Positions 58,420 through 64,000 of a DNA stretch of 64,000 nt are shown here, one piece after another. Within the stretch, counting starts at the first letter, position 1; every line of letters starts with the position of its first letter. The notes below the pieces were generated by a model. That model saw nothing but the letters and a program-made list of their open reading frames with translations. It had not been told where the DNA came from and did not search any database. This DNA is from Bacteroidales bacterium. Its GTDB lineage: Bacteria; Bacteroidota; Bacteroidia; Bacteroidales; UBA7960. Where the stretch lies: the NCBI GenBank assembly GCA_007134525.1, contig SLKR01000034.1, forward strand, positions 204 to 64,203. The letters are read 5' to 3'. The position numbers and the translations under genes were made by a program.

Positions 58420-59319
58420 TCAAATTCTCTTCTTTTTCCTGTTTGCAAGATATATCCCCGCCAGTATCATGGCAATCCACAAAAGGTAAAGAGGCAGAAA
58501 GCTCTCACCATCGGCCACCCCCCACATTATTGACACAACAGGCATAAGGTACGTCACCGTGGACGTAAACAGTGCCGAAGTCTGCTTTATAAGCCAGTTG
58601 TGTATCGCCATCGCCATGGCCGTACCAAAGACAGCCAGAATGGCAATATATCCCAGACCTTTCCAGGCCCCTTCCTCATAAGACAGCTTGTATACAATGT
58701 CGCTGAACCCCAGCAGATATATCAGCGAAGGTATACCAATGAACATGAATACCACCGAAGTTATTGTCAGTGCATCGAAGTCTGACAGATACTGTTTTAT
58801 AAGGTTCATATTGGTAGCATAGCAAACGGCGGCAGCCACGGCCATCAGCCCGTACCAGATACTGTTGAGCTGACCCCCGCCTGCCACACTCATAATACCT
58901 ATAGCCCCTCCCAGGCCTATTATCACACCCAGCACATTGACCCACCTAGTCATTACACCAAAGAACACAACGCCTATCAAAAGAGTGAACAGTGGTGTAA
59001 GGGAATTGAGGATCCCCGCCATATAACTGTCTATTACAGTCTGGGCGGCGGCAAAAAGAAATGGGGGCAATCCGTTGCCGATTATGCCAGAGAGTATGAA
59101 ATATTTTAGCCTGCGCACCGGCACCTTCCTTAAATGCCAGAACAGCAGGGGTGAAAGGGCGATAAAAGAAATGGCTATCCTGAGAGCACCCAGCTCGGCG
59201 GCACTGAACGCTGCTAGCCCCCGCTTAATGAGTATGAATGAGCTGCCCCACACTAATACCAGCAGCAATAATGCCAGCCAGTGTATCCCTCCGGGCCTGC
59301 CCTCACCTTTGTTTACCAT
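58420..59319 (-). CDS. EamA/DMT-family transporter
   Basis: It has about ten hydrophobic helices. WGSSFILIKRGL is typical of an EamA repeat. The start is set at the internal ATG 59319 (MVNKGEG), and the upstream extension to 59373 is uncertain. Confidence 0.8.
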   Translation of the reverse strand: MVNKGEGRPGGIHWLALLLLVLVWGSSFILIKRGLAAFSAAELGALRIAISFIALSPLLFWHLRKVPVRRLKYFILSGIIGNGLPPFLFAAAQTVIDSYMAGILNSLTPLFTLLIGVVFFGVMTRWVNVLGVIIGLGGAIGIMSVAGGGQLNSIWYGLMAVAAAVCYATNMNLIKQYLSDFDALTITSVVFMFIGIPSLIYLLGFSDIVYKLSYEEGAWKGLGYIAILAVFGTAMAMAIHNWLIKQTSALFTSTVTYLMPVVSIMWGVADGESFLPLYLLWIAMILAGIYLANRKKKRI

Positions 59320-59460
59320 CTCTGCAGCGTTTTTAGCCAGCGGCAAAAATAGGTAAAAATTCATAATCCGCATTTTGCCTGCCCAATAACAATTACGGAT
59401 AAAAAAAATCCCGTATATTAGAGCATTAAGCCATTTTTACAGACAACAAAAACACATGGC

Positions 59461-59988
59461 ATGACGAATATCAAAAAATCACAGGAGCCCAGGCTGGAGA
59501 TAAAAAAGGGAGACATTGCCAGCCAGCCCGATATCAACGCGATCGTAAATGCAGCAAATGCCCGCCTGATGACAGGGGGCGGTGTTGCAGGTGCAATCCA
59601 CAGGGCTGCCGGACCCGGGCTGGAAAAGGAGTGCCGGCCGCTTGCCCCCATCAGTCCCGGCGAAGCCGTAATTACTACAGGGCACAATCTCCCGAATAAA
59701 TATGTTATACATTGCCTGGGTCCGGTTTATGGATCAGACAAACCCGCCGACAAGCTGCTTGAAAACTGTTACCGCAACGCTCTTGAACTCGCTGACCGCA
59801 AAGGGATTGAGTCGGTAGCCTTCCCGGCAATATCCGCGGGAGCTTTTGGCTATCCTCTGAGGGAGGCTGCACAAATTGCCATAAATACAATCAGAAAGAC
59901 TATGCCTTCGCTTGAGAACGTTGGCCTGATAAGAATGGTGCTTTTCAGCGACAGCGACCTTGAAGTTTTCAAAGAGGTGGCAGGCTGA
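59461..59988 (+). CDS. Macro-domain protein (O-acetyl-ADP-ribose deacetylase, YmdB-like)
   Basis: GDIASQPDINAIVNAANARLMTGGGVAGAIHRAAGPGLEKEC...SVAFPAISAGAFGYP. Confidence 0.9.
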   Translation: MTNIKKSQEPRLEIKKGDIASQPDINAIVNAANARLMTGGGVAGAIHRAAGPGLEKECRPLAPISPGEAVITTGHNLPNKYVIHCLGPVYGSDKPADKLLENCYRNALELADRKGIESVAFPAISAGAFGYPLREAAQIAINTIRKTMPSLENVGLIRMVLFSDSDLEVFKEVAG

Positions 59989-60013
59989 AGAGGAATAATA
60001 TATCTTTGCCGGT

Positions 60014-62368
60014 ATGGCTGCTGATATTATAATCGTATTCATAATACTGGGCGTCGCTATACTGTTGTTTTTCACCGCCTGGATCAGGATGGATATTGTT
60101 GCCCTGCTTGTAATCTCCTCACTGGTGTTTACCGGGGTAATAAGCCCGTCAGAGGCCCTGGCAGGATTCAGCAATCCTGCCGTTATAACTATATGGGCAA
60201 TGTTTATCCTGAGTGCAGCCCTTTACCAGACAGGTATAGCCAGGATAATTGGTCACCAGGTGCTAAGGTTCGCAGGCCGGGGAGAGGCCAGACTGATCGC
60301 AGTTATTATGCTCTCGTCGGGGATTATGTCGGCCTTTATGAACAATGTGGGGGTTGTTGCACTTATGTTGCCGGTTGTAATGGATATGGCAAGGGCAAAG
60401 AGCATCTCACCCTCACGCCTCCTTTTGCCGCTTGCATTCGCTTCAATGCTGGGCGGCCTTATAACCCTGATAGGCACCCCACCTAACCTATTGGTAAGTT
60501 TTGCCATTGAAGATGCAGGCCACAGACCCTTCATGCTTTTTGACTTCTCCCCGATAGGCCTGAGTGCGCTGATCGCCGGCGTTATTTTTATTTCAGTTGC
60601 AGGGCGTCATTTGCTGCCAAAAAGGGATGCCATCAGCGAAACCAGGCAGAGTTCGCATAAATACCCGTCTGATTCTTACAACCTCGGTGAAAAGACCTTC
60701 CTGTTACGTGTAAAACCAAAGTCCGGCCTTGTGGGCAAGACTCTTTCGGAAAGCCGGCTGAGGGCAGGACTCGGCCTTAATGTGATTACCATAATAAGGC
60801 ATGGAAGCACTATACTCGACCCCAGTCCCGACACGGTTATCAATAGTAATGACAAACTGCACGTTCAGGGCCGTATTGAATCCCTTAAGGCCATGAAGCG
60901 CTGGGAGGTGATGCTGCCGTCACAGGCAGGGATTGATACAGCAGGGATCCTGGAAAGTGACCTGCTGATATGGGAGGCAAAAATAGGCCCGTCATCTGAA
61001 CTCAGCGGAAAACGCTTGCAAGACACTAACTTCAGGAAGAGACTGGGCATCAATGTGCTGGCAGTAAGAAATGCGAGCGGGCTGAAAAGGTCAATGCTAC
61101 ATGACCATCTGCTGGCTGAGGATGACATAATACTTATACAGGGTCCGGAAGAGAGGATGCAGATCCTGGAGGAGGAAGGCAGGATATCTGCCATTACCCG
61201 GGCCAGCAAAAAAACACTTCTTGAAGAATACAGATTAGACGAGGTGCTCTTTATAATGGAGGTCAGCGGGGAAGCAGAGCTCTTTGAGAGGGCCATAGCA
61301 GAAAGCCAGATAGGAAGTGCCTTCGGCCTCACTGCAATAGGTGTTTTCCAAAAAGATGGCAAGCTGGAGCCATACCTGCCGGGAGCGGGTGTTCAGACCG
61401 ATGACCGGCTAGTTGTAAAAGGGAATGCAGAAGACCTTCCACTGCTGAGAGGCCTGGGTGAACTGGAGATAGTTGATGAAAGTGCGCCCGAGTTGCAGAA
61501 CCTCGAGACTGAAGATGTGCAAATGGCTGAGGTGATCCTTGCTCCCAGGTCATTAATTGCCGGGAAGACCCTGAGGGAGATAAAGTTCAGGCAGAAGTAC
61601 GGACTTACAGTATTGTCAATATGGAAGGAAGGCCAGGCCATCAAGACAGACATTCACAACCAGCCGCTTCATTTTGGTGAGGCATTGCTGGTATACGGCA
61701 AGAGGGAAAAACTCGAGTTGATCGACAGTGAAGACGATTTCATCCTGCTTACCGAGATGGCCCGTGTGCCGACACGAAAGGGCAAGGCCCTCACTTCTGC
61801 CTCTATAATGCTGGCAGTAATACTTTCGGCCCTTCTCGGGCTTGTTCCGCTTGCCATAGCTGCACTTGCAGGCATAAGCCTGATGGTGCTGAGCGGCTGT
61901 CTGAAAATGGAGGAAGCATACCGGGCCATTGAGTGGCGGGCCGTTTTCCTCACAGCAGGCATGCTTCCTCTCGGGGTTGCAATGCACCAGACAGGGGCGG
62001 CAAGCCTTCTGGGCGGAGGCGTTGTGGGGTTTTTGGGCAGCACGGGCCCCTGGGGAGTTATAGCCGGACTCTATCTGATGACGGCCTTGCTGGCAATAGC
62101 TATAACTCCTGCGGCCCTGGTGGTGATAATGTCTCCTGTGGCTCTTGAGGCGGCTGCCAGCTTTGACCTGTCGCCACATACATTTATGATGGCCATAGCG
62201 GTTGCAGCCGCTGCAGTATTCATGAGCCCGGTGTCTCACCCCGCAAACCTTCTGGTTATGGGACCGGGGAGTTACCGTTTTACCGACTATATCAGGGTAG
62301 GCCTCCCGCTTACTCTTGTTGTGATGGCGGTTGCCATGCTGCTTTTGCCGATTGTCTGGCCTTTATAA
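60014..62368 (+). CDS. SLC13/DASS-type permease with four central TrkA-C (RCK_C) domains
   Basis: The N- and C-terminal polytopic halves contain SAFMNNVGVVALMLP, GTPPN and FMSPVSHPANLLV. Four ~85-aa repeats lie between them, for example RVKPKSGLVGKTLSESRLRAGLGLNVITIIRHG and ILAPRSLIAGKTLREIKFRQKYGLTVLSIWKEG. Confidence 0.85.
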   Translation: MAADIIIVFIILGVAILLFFTAWIRMDIVALLVISSLVFTGVISPSEALAGFSNPAVITIWAMFILSAALYQTGIARIIGHQVLRFAGRGEARLIAVIMLSSGIMSAFMNNVGVVALMLPVVMDMARAKSISPSRLLLPLAFASMLGGLITLIGTPPNLLVSFAIEDAGHRPFMLFDFSPIGLSALIAGVIFISVAGRHLLPKRDAISETRQSSHKYPSDSYNLGEKTFLLRVKPKSGLVGKTLSESRLRAGLGLNVITIIRHGSTILDPSPDTVINSNDKLHVQGRIESLKAMKRWEVMLPSQAGIDTAGILESDLLIWEAKIGPSSELSGKRLQDTNFRKRLGINVLAVRNASGLKRSMLHDHLLAEDDIILIQGPEERMQILEEEGRISAITRASKKTLLEEYRLDEVLFIMEVSGEAELFERAIAESQIGSAFGLTAIGVFQKDGKLEPYLPGAGVQTDDRLVVKGNAEDLPLLRGLGELEIVDESAPELQNLETEDVQMAEVILAPRSLIAGKTLREIKFRQKYGLTVLSIWKEGQAIKTDIHNQPLHFGEALLVYGKREKLELIDSEDDFILLTEMARVPTRKGKALTSASIMLAVILSALLGLVPLAIAALAGISLMVLSGCLKMEEAYRAIEWRAVFLTAGMLPLGVAMHQTGAASLLGGGVVGFLGSTGPWGVIAGLYLMTALLAIAITPAALVVIMSPVALEAAASFDLSPHTFMMAIAVAAAAVFMSPVSHPANLLVMGPGSYRFTDYIRVGLPLTLVVMAVAMLLLPIVWPL

Positions 62369-62388
62369 TTTAAACTGAACAAACAAAA

Positions 62389-63357
62389 ATGACAGGAACA
62401 AAGAAATTTAGCCTTGGGTTCTTTCCCACCCCCCTGCATGAACTAAAAAATCTTGAAAAGGATTATCCATCCTATCGTATATTTATAAAAAGGGATGATA
62501 TGACAGGCCTGGCAAGCGGTGGCAACAAAACACGCAAACTTGAATATCTGATAGGCCAGGCCATTGAACAGGGGGCTGACACTGTGATCACGGCAGGGGC
62601 ACAGCAGTCCAACCACTGCCGTCAAACAGCTGCCGCAGCCGCAATGGCGGGGCTGGAATGCCACCTCATGCTGGGTGGCGAAAAACCGGAGTTGTACAAC
62701 GGCAACCTGCTGCTTTCCATACTTCTTGGGGCCAGGATACACTACAGGGGAGAAAGCAGGAAAGGAGAGGATCTTGACCAGCTCGCCCAAAATCTTTCCC
62801 TTAAGGGGAAAAAAGCCTTTGTTATTCCATACGGCGGGTCAAATATAACAGGTGCCACCGGTTATCTCGAAGCCGCGGGTGAACTTAAGAAACAGCTTGA
62901 CGAAAAAGGCCTGTCAATGGATTACATCTTCTTTGCATCCAGTTCCGGCGGAATGCAGGCAGGACTTACCATGGGGATGAAACACTACGGGCTGGAGTCA
63001 CAACTGATGCCGGTAAGGATAGACAAACAGGAATCGGAAGAAGGGTCGCTGAAGGAAATAGTTCACCGCCTTATCAAGCAAGGGGATGAAGGCTACGTGG
63101 GCAGTATTGATGATATACCTTTGATAGGGGGGTATGAGAAAGCAGGCTATGGTGTGGTAACACACCGGGAAAAAACGGCAATCAGGACCCTTGCCCGCAA
63201 AGAGGGCATTATCCTCGACCCGGTTTATACAGGCAGGGCGTTCTACGGCATGATGGACCATATGGAAAAAAAGAAGCTGCCCGTGGGCTCCAACATCCTT
63301 TTCTGGCATACCGGGGGCCTGCCCGCCAACTTCAGTTATGCCGGTGATATTGTTTAA
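62389..63357 (+). CDS. PLP-dependent D-cysteine desulfhydrase / ACC deaminase family protein
   Basis: GGNKTRKLEYLIGQAIEQGADTVITAGAQQSNHCRQTAAAAAMAGL matches the DcyD/AcdS PLP-Lys region. Confidence 0.85.
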   Translation: MTGTKKFSLGFFPTPLHELKNLEKDYPSYRIFIKRDDMTGLASGGNKTRKLEYLIGQAIEQGADTVITAGAQQSNHCRQTAAAAAMAGLECHLMLGGEKPELYNGNLLLSILLGARIHYRGESRKGEDLDQLAQNLSLKGKKAFVIPYGGSNITGATGYLEAAGELKKQLDEKGLSMDYIFFASSSGGMQAGLTMGMKHYGLESQLMPVRIDKQESEEGSLKEIVHRLIKQGDEGYVGSIDDIPLIGGYEKAGYGVVTHREKTAIRTLARKEGIILDPVYTGRAFYGMMDHMEKKKLPVGSNILFWHTGGLPANFSYAGDIV

Positions 63358-63379
63358 TTCAAAAGCAAAGAATACTACC

Positions 63380-64000
63380 ATGCAGTATAAGCTTATATGT
63401 ATAACCCTGGTCCTATCAGTAATCCTTATCCTGCCCCAGGCCGGATTTTGCAGGGGGGAACCCAAGGAGCTGACGGGCCTGAAGGAGTTCATGGAAAGGG
63501 GAATGGCTGATTGGGGGATACCGGGTATGGCTGTGGCCGTTGTTAAGGATGGTGAAATTATCTATGCCGGAGGTTTCGGGCTGAGAAAACTGGGTTCTGA
63601 TGAAAGGGTGGATCAGCACACGGTTTTCGGGGTAGCCTCCCTGACAAAGGCAATGACCTCGGCCGCCATAGGGATACTGGTCGATGAGGGGAAGCTTGAC
63701 TGGGACGACAGGGTACGTGACCACCTTCCCTGGTTTGAACTGTCAGATCCGTGGGTAAGCGAAAACGTTACCATACGGGATTTACTTTCACACAAAGTCG
63801 GGATTGGCAGGCTTACGGGCAACCGCCTCAGGTTCATGCCTGGCCGCGACCCGCAGACCATTATGTCGTTTGTAAGGCATATGCCCTTTGAGCAGACTTT
63901 CCGCTCAGGATACGTTTACAGCAATATTATGTACATGGTGGCCGGACAGGTGGTGGAGGCAGCATCGGGCATGAGATGGGATGATTTCATTGCCGGCCGG
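63380..64000 (+). CDS. Serine hydrolase of the beta-lactamase/transpeptidase-like family. The 3' end lies beyond the window. Possibly a lipoprotein.
   Basis: Manual translation from ATG 63380 gives MQYKLICITLVLSVILILPQAGFCRGE...GMAVAVVKDGEIIYAGGFG...VFGVASLTKAMTSAAIG, which contains the SxxK motif. It is absent from the ORF track because it runs off the right edge. Confidence 0.8.
   Translation, partial: MQYKLICITLVLSVILILPQAGFCRGEPKELTGLKEFMERGMADWGIPGMAVAVVKDGEIIYAGGFGLRKLGSDERVDQHTVFGVASLTKAMTSAAIGILVDEGKLDWDDRVRDHLPWFELSDPWVSENVTIRDLLSHKVGIGRLTGNRLRFMPGRDPQTIMSFVRHMPFEQTFRSGYVYSNIMYMVAGQVVEAASGMRWDDFIAGR

Noticed and set aside
1-64000. A scan for CRISPR arrays, tRNA/rRNA/tmRNA genes, IS elements, integrases, toxin-antitoxin pairs and defence-system genes
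   Set aside because: I saw no spaced direct-repeat arrays, no cloverleaf-like or rRNA-like sequences in the short intergenic gaps, and no transposase, integrase or phage-like ORFs in the six-frame track. The scan was done by eye only, so tRNAscan, Infernal or CRISPR tools could still find small elements.

Overview
This is a gene-dense 64-kb chromosomal core region with about 50 CDS. By eye I found no rRNA, tRNA, CRISPR array, transposase, integrase or phage genes. The source looks like a Bacteroidota-type genome, probably an anaerobe. That is an inference from three things: repeated TAnnTTTG -7 promoter boxes without Shine-Dalgarno sites, CarboxypepD_reg/TonB-dependent receptor and OmpA/TPR/PD40 envelope proteins, and the presence of indolepyruvate:ferredoxin oxidoreductase, membrane pyrophosphatase and DUF2148. 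Most genes are housekeeping: panB, alaS, hldD, acpH, iorAB, gcvP, hppA, thyA-folA, dnaB, queE, folD, ffh, rpmB, dnaK, aspartate kinase, rsmA, serS and rplU-rpmA. Two CDS at the left edge (a pseudouridine synthase and an HExxH/PD40 protein) are missing from the supplied ORF track and were recovered by manual translation. I see no obvious multi-gene novel system such as a defence island. The observations most worth a second look are these. (1) An RluA-family ORF has no stop codon and runs in frame into an exported HExxH/beta-propeller protein. (2) An AmgK-like sugar kinase is fused to a RapZ-type C-terminal domain, next to a MurU-like gene. (3) Ribosomal protein L27 carries a roughly 110-aa Lys/Ala-rich tail. 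(4) A second, N-terminally truncated DnaB paralog with a degenerate arginine-finger region sits divergent from a CarH/LitR-like B12-type MerR regulator, which is followed by an orphan ECF sigma factor. (5) An MFS transporter has a duplicated soluble module inserted before its last helix. (6) A degenerate PP2C-like/TM/LysM protein. All functional calls rest on motif recognition by eye. No database search or computation was run.
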